Shown here: piece by piece, positions 18,516 to 27,931 of the stretch | Position numbering within the stretch: the first letter of the stretch is position 1 | Layout of the letters: every line of letters begins with the position of its first letter | DNA from: an uncultured bacterium | Lineage (GTDB): Bacteria > Patescibacteriota > Minisyncoccia > Phycocordibacterales > PALSA-1337 | Direction of reading: 5' to 3' | Assembly (NCBI GenBank): GCA_903839725.1 | Contig: CAIMDG010000001.1 | Location: 301,315-358,670 of the forward strand | Length of the DNA: 57,356 bases | Translations under genes and position numbers: made by a program | Notes under the pieces: generated by a model | Database searches by the model: none | Seen by the model: the letters and a program-made list of their open reading frames with translations, nothing else | Told to the model about the DNA's origin: nothing

Positions 18516-18788
18516 TTAGGCAACTTGGGCGGCGACGGCGAATCGAGGTGGAAAATCCAACTCTTCGAGACGGGCTTCATTGGCCCACTCGACAAATTCA
18601 CTGGCTCGCTCCGGACTGTGGCAGATAGTCACCGACTGTCCGGAGTTCGTAAGAACATGGCATTCTTGCCCAGGCTTTGTTCCTACGGACCAAGGAAACG
18701 ACTGAGTGATGCCGAACATCAAACGGTCGATGTAATTTCCGAACACACCCGTAGGTGCTTCGAACTTTTTCGCATGTGTAATGTGCAT
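18516..18788 (-). CDS. Hypothetical protein
   Basis: 90 aa ORF, TGCTATAAT 8 nt upstream of ATG, hairpin downstream (18471-18498). Confidence 0.5.
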   Translation of the reverse strand: MHITHAKKFEAPTGVFGNYIDRLMFGITQSFPWSVGTKPGQECHVLTNSGQSVTICHSPERASEFVEWANEARLEELDFPPRFAVAAQVA

Positions 18789-18863
18789 ATGGCAGTATTA
18801 TAGCACATATATGCATAAAAAGCAATATCTACTATAACCATGTAAAATATGGTTTATAAAGTA

Positions 18864-18892
18864 ATACCCCGTCGCTCGGAAGCGACGGGGTA
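18864..18892. terminator. Hairpin/terminator downstream of aroD
   Basis: taccccgtcgct-cgga-agcgacggggta perfect stem. Confidence 0.6.
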
Positions 18893-18910
18893 ATAACGAG
18901 GTGCGAATTT

Positions 18911-19627
18911 TCAGCGACGGGCTAGCTTGAGAATGTCCCGAATTTCAGAGACATGCCACTGCCCTTCTACGACGGCGCCACCGAGGTGACCATATACCAA
19001 CGGTGAGCCGCTCATACCAGCAAGAATACGGGAAACCTTGCCAAATTCTTTTCCAACAGCCATCGGTGCAATCTTCATCGGAAAATACTTTTTCTCAAGA
19101 CGATCGACACACATCATGAATTGATAGAATTGTGCCTGACTGTCTGGAAGTAAAACGGTCTTGAAGACATCGCCGCCGACTTGATGACAAATCTTTGCGG
19201 CCTGTTCAGTAAGTTCCGGAGACCATAAACCTTTTTTAAGCACATGTTGAGACATGATAACTCCAATACCCAATCTCTGGGCACGACGAATTATTCCCAG
19301 TAAATCCGTAACTGACGCTGTTTCCACGTCAACGAACGTTGCGAGACGCATATATTGTCCATACAATGCGGCACGACGACTAACACTCCATTCAAGTTCC
19401 CTCCCATCTTCTCGTGGATCGCGAACGGTAAGAATAATCGGTTTGTGAAGGGACTTCAATCTCGGCTCAATACTGGTGCTCTGATAATGATCGACACGCC
19501 ATTCATAGAAATCAGCGAATTGCGAATTGAGGCGTGAATACATCATGGCCGTTTTAATATTTTGCCACGAGGCAATAACTCCGACGATATTGGTTTCACT
19601 AATCAAGTGTTGTATGTGAGGATTCAT
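18911..19627 (-). CDS. aroD: Type I 3-dehydroquinate dehydratase
   Basis: EWRVDH, ILTVRDPREDG, FVDVE, MSQH, DVFK (Schiff-base Lys), PMAVG, SRI, GQ. Confidence 0.8.
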   Translation of the reverse strand: MNPHIQHLISETNIVGVIASWQNIKTAMMYSRLNSQFADFYEWRVDHYQSTSIEPRLKSLHKPIILTVRDPREDGRELEWSVSRRAALYGQYMRLATFVDVETASVTDLLGIIRRAQRLGIGVIMSQHVLKKGLWSPELTEQAAKICHQVGGDVFKTVLLPDSQAQFYQFMMCVDRLEKKYFPMKIAPMAVGKEFGKVSRILAGMSGSPLVYGHLGGAVVEGQWHVSEIRDILKLARR

Positions 19628-19741
19628 AGGCTATTTCAATTGTTCTGTTTCTATGAAACCATATAGCAAATATTTTGTACAGATGTATACAAAAAAGCTG
19701 AGCACAGCTGCCCAGCTTCGATTCAAACCGATGAATAATTG

Positions 19742-20239
19742 TTACTTCGAAAACAAAAATGTTTCTTCGAGTGCTCGACGTGTTTTAGCGTCACCGAAGT
19801 CGATAAGAACGACACAACCGTCGATGTAGGCGTATTGGTGTTCCATATTGCTTCGAAAATCTCGACGTAATCTTTCCGGAACGGCAGAGAATGGATCCTC
19901 GCGTCGGAGCTCTTCCAAAGTAACTGGATGACCTGCTGCTTGCCAAATGATTCCACACTTCAGAGATTGTTTGAAGATCTCTCCGACACGCCAATCTCTC
20001 GTCTGTTGCCAATATTCGTATTCGTTACGATTAGCCACTAAGCCGATTGAAATATAATTCCAAAGACATTGCGGAAACGAACCATAACGCTCACGGAATT
20101 TGGCATGCTTCCTTTGTGCTTGAAATGGCAATACGATCAATCTTCCCAATAGGCGCAAAATTCTGAAACGAGCTATTTTAATAGCTGAATGCTTGGTCAA
20201 AATGACAATTCGAGTTCCACCAGACAAAATAAGTCTCAT
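19742..20239 (-). CDS. Hypothetical protein, possible minimal kinase-like fold
   Basis: SGGTRIV...AIKIA...NRNEYEYW...LIDFG pattern; AGAGGA upstream of the ATG at 20239. Confidence 0.5.
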   Translation of the reverse strand: MRLILSGGTRIVILTKHSAIKIARFRILRLLGRLIVLPFQAQRKHAKFRERYGSFPQCLWNYISIGLVANRNEYEYWQQTRDWRVGEIFKQSLKCGIIWQAAGHPVTLEELRREDPFSAVPERLRRDFRSNMEHQYAYIDGCVVLIDFGDAKTRRALEETFLFSK

Positions 20240-20347
20240 AGATATCCTCTTTGGTTTTTTGTTCTGGAGCACATACTGCCACAAATAAACTCATATTTCA
20301 AATACCCGCCAAGGCCTACCCTTGTCGAGGTCAGACCTTGTTCAATC

Positions 20348-21490
20348 CTATTTCTTCTTTATATATTTCTTACCTTTCAACTTTTCTGGCAAATAGCTGT
20401 CTGTATCATACTTCTTGTAATCTTTGCCATATCCAATTTCTTTCATCAACTTTGTCGGAGCATTGCGTATTTTGAGTGGTATAGGAAGATTGCCAGTAGC
20501 TCGCACGTCATTCAAGGCCTCCTGATATCCATCATATGCAGACCGATCTTTTGGGGCTAATGCGAGATATGCTGTACCGTGAGCGAGGTTAATTCCTGCT
20601 TCAGGTAAACCAATTGTTTCCACTGCGCGGAATACTTCATTGGCAACGACGAGAGCCGTCGGTTGTGCCAAACCAATATCTTCTGAAGCAAATATCACCA
20701 TACGTCGTGCAATGAACTTTGGGTCTTCACCACCTTCGATCATGCGGGCTAAATAATATATCGCTGCATCGGCATCACTCGCACGCATACTTTTGATATA
20801 TGCTGATATAGTATCGTAATGTTCCTCACCTTTTTTATCAAAACGAATAAACGTGTGCTCAAACGTACTCTTCAAATTTTTCATTGTTGCAGAACCGTAC
20901 AGTCGCTTACAATTTTCAATCGCTGTAATAGCCATGCGCGCATCGCCGTTCGCCATGTTAGCGAGCCATTCGATCGCATCTTTGGAGACTTTGATCTTTG
21001 TACGTTTGATGATTGCACCGAGCTCCGTTTCATTCAAGCTCTTCAAAATAAAAACTCTGCAACGTGACAAGAGTGCAGGAATAACTTCGAAGCTTGGATT
21101 TTCTGTTGTTGCACCAATGAGCGTCAAACGACCACTCTCTACGTATGGCAAAAGAAAATCTTGTTGCGCTTTGTTGAAGCGATGAATCTCGTCCAAGAAT
21201 AGAACCTTCGGTCGCTTGTCGAGAAGTGTGTCTGGTTCATCGACAATTTTGCGAATGTCGTCTTTACCTGCGGAGACAGCTGAAAGTTCATAGAGTCGAG
21301 CATCGAGTGCCTGAGAATAGATACGAGCCAATGTCGTCTTACCCGTGCCTGGTGGCCCCCAGAGAATGAATGAGAAGAGATGTTTGCCTTCTATAGCGGT
21401 GCGCAATGGTTTCCCTGCTCCAACCAAAGATTCCTGACCGACAAAGTCTTTGAGAGTTGTAGGTCTTATTTTATTTGCTAGTGGTTCCAT
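20348..21490 (-). CDS. rarA: Replication-associated recombination protein A (RarA/MgsA)
   Basis: [49 protein letters not shown]. Confidence 0.95.
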   Translation of the reverse strand: MEPLANKIRPTTLKDFVGQESLVGAGKPLRTAIEGKHLFSFILWGPPGTGKTTLARIYSQALDARLYELSAVSAGKDDIRKIVDEPDTLLDKRPKVLFLDEIHRFNKAQQDFLLPYVESGRLTLIGATTENPSFEVIPALLSRCRVFILKSLNETELGAIIKRTKIKVSKDAIEWLANMANGDARMAITAIENCKRLYGSATMKNLKSTFEHTFIRFDKKGEEHYDTISAYIKSMRASDADAAIYYLARMIEGGEDPKFIARRMVIFASEDIGLAQPTALVVANEVFRAVETIGLPEAGINLAHGTAYLALAPKDRSAYDGYQEALNDVRATGNLPIPLKIRNAPTKLMKEIGYGKDYKKYDTDSYLPEKLKGKKYIKKK

Positions 21491-21497
21491 TAAATTC

Positions 21498-22028
21498 CTA
21501 TATCTTATACCCCCACCCCGGTTGCCACTTAAAATGTGTCGCAACCAGCGTTTCCAAAGGAACCCCATTGATCACATGCTCAATACCATACTGCGTCGCA
21601 CGATGACCGATCACCATGACCCTTTTTCCTTCATAGTTCTTTTTCAATTCATCCAAGAATGACTTCATTCGTGCCGTCGTCTGGACATAACTTTCACCAT
21701 TCGGGAAATGCTCATTGATACGCAATGGCTTCTGATCGTCAACAACTGCTGATGGGCTCTGAGTAAAATCGCCATAATTACATTCACGGAGTCGAGCGTC
21801 TTTTATTATTGGAAACTTGTCACCAAATGCAATATCAGCACTCATATATGCTCGCTGAAGATCTGAACAGAAAATTGCATCGAAGTGATCATTCTTGTAA
21901 CGTTCACCAATTTCTTTGGATTGCTTCACACCAAGTGGTGAAAGTGCGACATCATTCCAGCCAGACGAAAGATGAGCTTCATTATCGAAAGTAGTTCCGT
22001 GAGCTTCAAAAATAAGGGTGATGGACAT
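21498..22028 (-). CDS. Histidine phosphatase family protein
   Basis: HGTT..N, LSPLG..Q, SDLQRA, LRECNYG, GES, VIGH. Confidence 0.85.
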   Translation of the reverse strand: MSITLIFEAHGTTFDNEAHLSSGWNDVALSPLGVKQSKEIGERYKNDHFDAIFCSDLQRAYMSADIAFGDKFPIIKDARLRECNYGDFTQSPSAVVDDQKPLRINEHFPNGESYVQTTARMKSFLDELKKNYEGKRVMVIGHRATQYGIEHVINGVPLETLVATHFKWQPGWGYKI

Positions 22029-22063
22029 ACTTTAATCGTACTCTTCTTGTACTATTTGTCTAT

Positions 22064-22230
22064 TTGACAAAATTTTAAAGTACGCTACCATTTAATTCAC
22101 AATGAATACACGATTCATGATAAACAATAAGCATCATACGGCTCATATTTCCAGAGCTGGTCTTTGCTATTGTTAATTTCTCCATATCACAATATCAACA
22201 ACGAGCTCTTGAAAGGGCTCGTTTTGTTTT
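22064..22230 (+). promoter_or_regulatory. Promoter, His-containing leader peptide and attenuator
   Basis: TTGACA(22064)..TACCAT; leader 22102-22176 MNTRFMINNKHHTAHISRAGLCYC; terminator acgagctct-tgaa-agggctcgt-TTTT. Confidence 0.7.
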
Positions 22231-22275
22231 ACCTACGTACAACAAAAAGTTCATTAACAACCACATAAAAAACCT

Positions 22276-22674
22276 ATGAAAAGAAACGTACTCATGCCGA
22301 ACTTTGCTAAGCGAAACGGCCTTGTGACAATTATTGCACAAGATAAAAACACCCGAGAAATCCTCATGGTTGCCTTCACGGACGAAATAGGCTTTCTTGA
22401 AACAATGGCTACTGGCGAAGCAGTTTATTACTCAACTTCACGCGGTAAACGTTGGAGGAAAGGTGAAGAAAGTGGCAACATTCAAAAAGTAAGCCAGGTT
22501 CTCATCGACTGTGATGGTGATGCTGTCATCTACATGGTTGAGCAGATTGGTGAAGGCGCATGCCACACTAGTAAACGAAGCTGCTTCTACCGTTCCGTGC
22601 TTCGTCCTACAACGAAGATGAAGGGTCGTTTAGAAATACGAGTAATATCTGTCACTCGGAACATTCAGGTGTGA
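22276..22674 (+). CDS. hisI: Phosphoribosyl-AMP cyclohydrolase
   Basis: IAQD, LMVAF, YYSTSR, WRKGEESG, DCDGDA, ACHTSKRSCF. Confidence 0.92.
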   Translation: MKRNVLMPNFAKRNGLVTIIAQDKNTREILMVAFTDEIGFLETMATGEAVYYSTSRGKRWRKGEESGNIQKVSQVLIDCDGDAVIYMVEQIGEGACHTSKRSCFYRSVLRPTTKMKGRLEIRVISVTRNIQV

Positions 22675-22690
22675 CGGTAAAAATTCACAC

Positions 22691-22722
22691 AATCACTAGG
22701 TGCTTAGGCATCTAGTGATTTC
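22691..22722 (+). terminator. Terminator hairpin after hisI
   Basis: aatcactaggtgc-ttag-gcatctagtgattt. Confidence 0.65.
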
Positions 22723-22742
22723 TATATACCTAACTTTTAATG

Positions 22743-22813
22743 CGCGAGATCGAGGAATCGAACCTCGGACAGCGGTTTTGGAGACCGCAGTTATGCCACT
22801 TAACTAATCTCGC
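22743..22813 (-). tRNA. tRNA-Trp(CCA)
   Basis: Reverse strand gcgagat...gcggt ctCCAaa accgc...ggttcgattcc...atctcgc. Confidence 0.93.
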
Positions 22814-22831
22814 GAATTTCCTCTCCCAAGG

Positions 22832-22959
22832 AAATTCGGATCGAAGATTTCTTTCGGCGTATGCCGAAAGAAATCTGAGACCAGAATTTCACGTCCCTGA
22901 ATTCGGATCGAGTATCCCTTGTTGCGTAAGCTACAAGAAATCTGAGACCAGAATTTCAC
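22832..22959. repeat. Two tandem ~60-nt hairpin units upstream of tRNA-Trp
   Basis: aattcggatcga...aagaaatctgagaccagaatttcac occurs twice with different internal hairpins. Confidence 0.75.
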
Positions 22960-23051
22960 CTTTACTATCCTACCTTCTTTTTTGACTATACGCAAAACAA
23001 TTGACGGTACTATCAATCGTGCTACTCTAAACCAAGAAAAAGGACTTACAT

Positions 23052-23390
23052 ATGCACAAAATCCTATTGATCATATTATTCGTCGCATACTTCGGCATGA
23101 TCATTGCATTTGCAATCATACGCAAGCGGGCAGCAGAAAAATCTATCAAAATATTTCGCGCAGAAGATTGGAACGACTACTGTGGAAAGGAATGGCGAGA
23201 CTTTTCATGTTGGCTTCATGATCACCCCTTTGGAGCTATTACGAGCGAGGAACGTGAAGAACGTAACAATCTTGTTTACTATCTTCAAGGATCATATCTC
23301 CTCTACTGCCAATCAAAAAAGATCAATTACTTTACTGACCCATACGCACTGTGGCTTGATCAACAAATCGAGGACTGGTCAATGTCATAA
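23052..23390 (+). CDS. Hypothetical membrane-anchored protein
   Basis: N-terminal TM; AAGGA upstream; bidirectional hairpin downstream (23418-23452). Confidence 0.6.
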   Translation: MHKILLIILFVAYFGMIIAFAIIRKRAAEKSIKIFRAEDWNDYCGKEWRDFSCWLHDHPFGAITSEEREERNNLVYYLQGSYLLYCQSKKINYFTDPYALWLDQQIEDWSMS

Positions 23391-23453
23391 TTTCGACCAA
23401 TACACGAGAGCATACAAAAAACTGGAGCACCTTACGATGCTCCAGTCTTTTTA

Positions 23454-23609
23454 TTATTTCTTTGCTTCTTTGAAGACTACGTGTTTGCGGAGTTTCTTGC
23501 TGAATTTCTTGAGCTCAATCTTGCGCTCAACCAGCTTTTTATTCTTGCGAGTCCAATAGGTCTCACCTGTCTGTTTATTCTTGATTTGTATGAGTTTATC
23601 TTGTGACAT
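23454..23609 (-). CDS. rpmG: 50S ribosomal protein L33 (non-zinc form)
   Basis: MSQDKLIQIK...TYWTRKNKK...IELKKFSKKLRKHVVFKEAKK. Confidence 0.93.
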   Translation of the reverse strand: MSQDKLIQIKNKQTGETYWTRKNKKLVERKIELKKFSKKLRKHVVFKEAKK

Positions 23610-23741
23610 ATGCGTAAAATGATGTTGGACAACTATATCGTATCTTGAATGAAAAAGCAAACTTCATCAAGAAGTATCTTTTTGGGTATAAAAATAGGCC
23701 GCAGAAAGCTTGCGCTCGCTGCGGCCCTGAATCAATACGGT

Positions 23742-24863
23742 TCAACCCTTTTCCCCAACGCCAGCGGACCCGACGGGAACGCTGTTGTTGTAATACCACC
23801 AAGGATAGATTTGTCCCGGACCCAGTTGAGGCCACGTGAAGTCTATGTGGTATATGCCCGGAGCTAATTCAACTCCGAGAGAATTCACGCCCTGTGGCAT
23901 GACGTAAGGGACAACTGGCAGGTCCATTCCGCTTTGTAAGAGCTTAATGGTGAACCCGTTGGCATTTTCGCCTTCAGTCGTTTTGGCACTGAAGTTGACG
24001 ATCATCGTATTCGTCACCGTGACTTCCACCAATGGCGATGTGCCGATGTGGTTGTTGCTTGGCACATTCGTCAGTGCCACATTCGGGGGTTGAAGCACCA
24101 TGAGGAGGTTATTCCACGACGGTGTAATCCCTGTTTTGACACTGGTCGACACGATAGCCACACCACCTTTGTCTTCTTCCAACGTAAAGGCGGCGTCGTA
24201 GGAATTTGTCTGATTTCCATACTGGTCGAATTGGCCGTAGGTAACGACCATTTCTCCATGTTGACCATTGTATTGCGTCAGGTGGAGAATCGTGCCGATA
24301 TGGGTGTCATTATTCCAGTTCACCTGCAGATACAGATTCTGCAAAAGATTTCCGTTGGCATCACGCAAATTAAGGCGCGCACCAACAGCATTCTTTTCTG
24401 CAATCGGCTCATAGTAGCCGATCCAATTCTGCAAGTTAGTCGAGGCGTATGCCGGCACCTGCCAGACACCATTCGACTGAACGAGATAGAATCCCGTGCC
24501 AGCCCAGAAGAGCTGATAGCCCTCGACCGAGTCATACGAGATGTTTACGTTGACCCAATCGTTGGAAGGGCGTGCCACGAGAAACGAGAAGGGATTAGTC
24601 ACCACCATGGCAACCAAATCACTTTGCTTCGGAACCCCGTTGGGGTTATACGACATATACCAGTAGGTCTTCGACCCGTTGGTATTGAGCAAGGACGACG
24701 AACTCAGTTGTCCATACACGTGCCGCACCAACTGCAAGTTGTGAGAGACGGCCGCTGCCAAACTGTCAATTGGCAACGACTTGGATTGCGCCGAGACCGT
24801 GAAGGCCGAGGCGATGCAAACCGCGACGGCGATAACCATCGAGATGATTGTTTTAGTTTTCAT
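23742..24863 (-). CDS. Secreted hypothetical protein (GC-rich gene)
   Basis: Signal peptide ending VSAQ, Asn/Tyr/Val-rich beta-type mature region. Confidence 0.75.
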   Translation of the reverse strand: MKTKTIISMVIAVAVCIASAFTVSAQSKSLPIDSLAAAVSHNLQLVRHVYGQLSSSSLLNTNGSKTYWYMSYNPNGVPKQSDLVAMVVTNPFSFLVARPSNDWVNVNISYDSVEGYQLFWAGTGFYLVQSNGVWQVPAYASTNLQNWIGYYEPIAEKNAVGARLNLRDANGNLLQNLYLQVNWNNDTHIGTILHLTQYNGQHGEMVVTYGQFDQYGNQTNSYDAAFTLEEDKGGVAIVSTSVKTGITPSWNNLLMVLQPPNVALTNVPSNNHIGTSPLVEVTVTNTMIVNFSAKTTEGENANGFTIKLLQSGMDLPVVPYVMPQGVNSLGVELAPGIYHIDFTWPQLGPGQIYPWWYYNNSVPVGSAGVGEKG

Positions 24864-24904
24864 ATAGTCTTTTTTGTGTATTCGGTGTGTTTGTTTTTGT
24901 TGTT

Positions 24905-25270
24905 TTATTTTTGCTGAGAATTTTTCAGGAACTCGTTATGCATGGCCAAAGCCCTCTGCGCATCTTCCGGTGAAGGAAGCTGCTGACTGAAGGATGGCTT
25001 CAGTTGGAGTTGGACCAAACCATTTGAAGTCGGCGACGTTTCCGCCGGCCACTTCACGCCAACCTGAGGAGTAACCTCGGGCGACGACTGCTGCGCGACC
25101 TGCTTGGTCGAAGCAACACTCGCGGCAGGAATGGCACCTTCGTATTTTGGCGACCAGATGGCCGCAAATACGAGGAGCAAAACAATTGTAGGAATGAAAA
25201 TGATCGCGAACACGACCATGGGCCGTGCCGAATTATTTTCCGGCAATTTGAATGGATTTGAGTTATTCAT
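24905..25270 (-). CDS. Hypothetical single-pass membrane protein (GC-rich gene)
   Basis: One TM then Pro/Gln/Ser-rich tail; co-oriented with the 23742-24863 gene. Confidence 0.65.
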   Translation of the reverse strand: MNNSNPFKLPENNSARPMVVFAIIFIPTIVLLLVFAAIWSPKYEGAIPAASVASTKQVAQQSSPEVTPQVGVKWPAETSPTSNGLVQLQLKPSFSQQLPSPEDAQRALAMHNEFLKNSQQK

Positions 25271-25438
25271 GATTTTGTAACGGAGAATTCATTCATTGCA
25301 ATCACACGTCTTACGCACAAGCGAAAAGACTAGTTGAACCGTATGTGGCTTGCAAGGAACGAAATATGGTAGCAAGATAGCACTTATTTACCATAGTGTC
25401 AAGTATGCCAAGACTGTTCAAAAGAGTACAATTGACCC

Positions 25439-26590
25439 ATGAGAAACCTCATTACCTGGCTGTCAAAGCGTCGTTTTCCCTATGAACCGCTTATTACGGT
25501 AGAGATTTCTAAAAGTGCCCTATTGCACAATCTGAACGAATTCCGTACACGTGCTCCACATGGAATAGTGGCTCCTGTTCTCAAAAGTAATGCATACGGT
25601 CATGGCCTCATGGAAATAGCTCATATTTTGAAGGATGAAAAAAATATTCCTTTTTGTATCGTTGATTCTTACTTTGAAGCAGTTGCATTGCGTGCGCGTG
25701 GATTCAAGATTCCCCTTCTCGTCATCGGCTATACACGACCAGATACGATCCAACGAACTCGTCTCCCTCATACCGTATTCACTATTACCAGTTTGGATAC
25801 GCTTCGCAACATAGAAGATGTTGAACGTAATATCCGTATTCACCTCAAAATTGATACAGGCATGCATCGTCAAGGCATCACACTTGATGAAATAGATACG
25901 GCAATAACAATGATTGCTTCCAATCCACTCATCAGACTTGAAGGTGTCTGCTCACATCTTTCAGATGCTGACAATACTGATCCTTCATGGACCGAAGGAC
26001 AGATTCGCGCATGGAATACTGCTATCAAAAAATTGAAAGCTGCATTCCCCCTCATCAAGTACACACATCTCTCTGCTACAGATGGTCATCGTTTTTCAAA
26101 AGATATAGACGCAAATGTCTCACGTCTTGGAATTGGTTTGTATGGACTAGTTGATGGTTTATCATTCAATCCCCCACTTAGTCTCAAGCCGGCTCTCGAA
26201 GTAAAAACAATTATTACCAGTATCAAAAAAATTCACACCAACGATACTGTTGGTTATGGCAATACATTCAAAGCAGAAAAAAATATTACGATTGCTACAA
26301 TTCCTGCAGGCTACTTTGAGGGTATTGATCGTAGACTTTCCAATAAAGGTGCATTACTCCTTGGGCATTCAGAGGTTGCTTGCCCCATTGTTGGTAGAGT
26401 AAGTATGAATATCACCAGTATCGATGTTTCTCATGACCCTACAGTAACTATTGGTAAACCGGTAACTATCATTAGCAATGACAATTCAAAACCAAATTCC
26501 ATTCAAGCAATTGCAAAATTGTGTGACACTATCACCTATGATATAGCGGTGCACATTGCCCCATCACTCAAAAGAGTTGTGGTTCAATAA
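25439..26590 (+). CDS. alr: Alanine racemase
   Basis: VLKSNAYGHG, HLKIDTGMHRQG, RLGIGLYG, VGYG, GRVSMN. Confidence 0.95.
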   Translation: MRNLITWLSKRRFPYEPLITVEISKSALLHNLNEFRTRAPHGIVAPVLKSNAYGHGLMEIAHILKDEKNIPFCIVDSYFEAVALRARGFKIPLLVIGYTRPDTIQRTRLPHTVFTITSLDTLRNIEDVERNIRIHLKIDTGMHRQGITLDEIDTAITMIASNPLIRLEGVCSHLSDADNTDPSWTEGQIRAWNTAIKKLKAAFPLIKYTHLSATDGHRFSKDIDANVSRLGIGLYGLVDGLSFNPPLSLKPALEVKTIITSIKKIHTNDTVGYGNTFKAEKNITIATIPAGYFEGIDRRLSNKGALLLGHSEVACPIVGRVSMNITSIDVSHDPTVTIGKPVTIISNDNSKPNSIQAIAKLCDTITYDIAVHIAPSLKRVVVQ

Positions 26591-26616
26591 TGTCATACAC
26601 CTTCGCCGGTATGACA
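26591..26616. repeat. Collapsed remnant of palindromic family C
   Basis: tgtcatac...cttcgccggtatgaca retains both termini of the family C element. Confidence 0.6.
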
Positions 26617-26618
26617 AA

Positions 26619-27923
26619 CTAAATTATCTTCTTTAGTTCTTCTCTCACTACCTTTCTATCATCCCATGGAATAGAACCTGTATTGGTTATCATCGATTGT
26701 TCAGCGCCTTTGCAACAAATGAGTACAATATCACCAGCTTTCGCTAAAGAAAGAGCCTTGTTAATTCCTGCCCGACGGTCTTCAATCACAAATACATCTG
26801 TATTACGAATTTTTCCAAATTTTTCAGCGACAACTGCAATAGACTCAACAATCTCTGTCGGATCGTCATCGTATGGATCAACATTACTTACTACCACATA
26901 GTCCGCCATTTTCCCTGCAAGCTCGCCCATAATAGGACGCTTGGCCTTGTCGCGACCTCCTCCTTCAGCACCCAAAAGAATTATCGTCTTTGCCCCTGGC
27001 TTCTTCATAGCATTCGCAGTCTTCAGAACACCCGTGATACTTTGCTTTTCGTGAGCATAGTCAACAATAACTGTGAATGGTTGACCTTCTGCAATAACCT
27101 CCATACGACCCGGAATGAGTTTGAGATCATTCAAGCCTTTTCTGATGAGATCGTCAGATATATTCATGAGACGACCAATAGCGATTGCAGGAAGAGCGTT
27201 GTATACATTGAAACCACCAAGAATAGAAAGTGTGAATGGTTTGCCTGCAAGATTGAATGTAACACCATCATGAGTCTCTTGAATTGAATCAGCCATAACA
27301 TCAGCCAGTGAATTCACACCAAATGTTATTTTCTTGTCCGCTTTAAAATTCAAATAATATGGAGCGTGTTCACTATCAGTATTTGCGATAATTACTGAAT
27401 CAATTTTCTTACCATCAATAACTTTATGATGTTTCGCAAGTGAAGCAAATAATTTTCCTTTTGCTATTTTATATTTTTCAAAACTTCCCCCATGTGATGG
27501 TAAATGTTCTGGCGTTAGATTGGTGAACACTGCAATATCATATACAACTCCAATATGACGTGATTGCTTCATGCCTTCAGACGTTGTCTCAACGAGGCAC
27601 ACCTTGCAGCCTGCTGTAACCATATCAGCCATTATTTTCTGAATGAGAGCTCGTCCTGGCATCGTCATGTGATATGGATTGAGCGTCTCCACATCGCCTA
27701 TACGAATATTGGCTGTCGTAATGATTCCCGTTTTGATACCACCAGCCATAAGCACTGACCAGATGAAATTGATCACCGATGTTTTGCCTTTTGTACCAGT
27801 CACACCGATCACAATCATTTTCTTTGAAGGAAAACCGTATTTGATAGCACCGCGGAGAGCGATACTATAATGACGAAGTGAATGCCACCACTGAGGTACT
27901 AATTTTTTTATGCGATGTTTCAT
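26619..27923 (-). CDS. murE: UDP-MurNAc-tripeptide ligase MurE
   Basis: GVTGTKGKTS, MTMP, ETTSEG, FTNLTPEHL, PGRME, VDYAH, GGRDKAKRPIMG. Confidence 0.9.
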   Translation of the reverse strand: MKHRIKKLVPQWWHSLRHYSIALRGAIKYGFPSKKMIVIGVTGTKGKTSVINFIWSVLMAGGIKTGIITTANIRIGDVETLNPYHMTMPGRALIQKIMADMVTAGCKVCLVETTSEGMKQSRHIGVVYDIAVFTNLTPEHLPSHGGSFEKYKIAKGKLFASLAKHHKVIDGKKIDSVIIANTDSEHAPYYLNFKADKKITFGVNSLADVMADSIQETHDGVTFNLAGKPFTLSILGGFNVYNALPAIAIGRLMNISDDLIRKGLNDLKLIPGRMEVIAEGQPFTVIVDYAHEKQSITGVLKTANAMKKPGAKTIILLGAEGGGRDKAKRPIMGELAGKMADYVVVSNVDPYDDDPTEIVESIAVVAEKFGKIRNTDVFVIEDRRAGINKALSLAKAGDIVLICCKGAEQSMITNTGSIPWDDRKVVREELKKII

Positions 27924-27931
27924 ATTGGTGT

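Noticed and set aside
16740-20340. Prophage or integrative island at tRNA-Leu(CAA)
   Set aside because: No integrase or phage genes, no distal att repeat, and the core gene miaA lies within
22832-22959. Possible CRISPR array
   Set aside because: Only two units, the variable parts are internal hairpins rather than spacers, and no cas genes are present
24048-24917. 289-aa plus-strand ORF
   Set aside because: Antisense shadow of the signal-peptide-bearing gene 23742-24863
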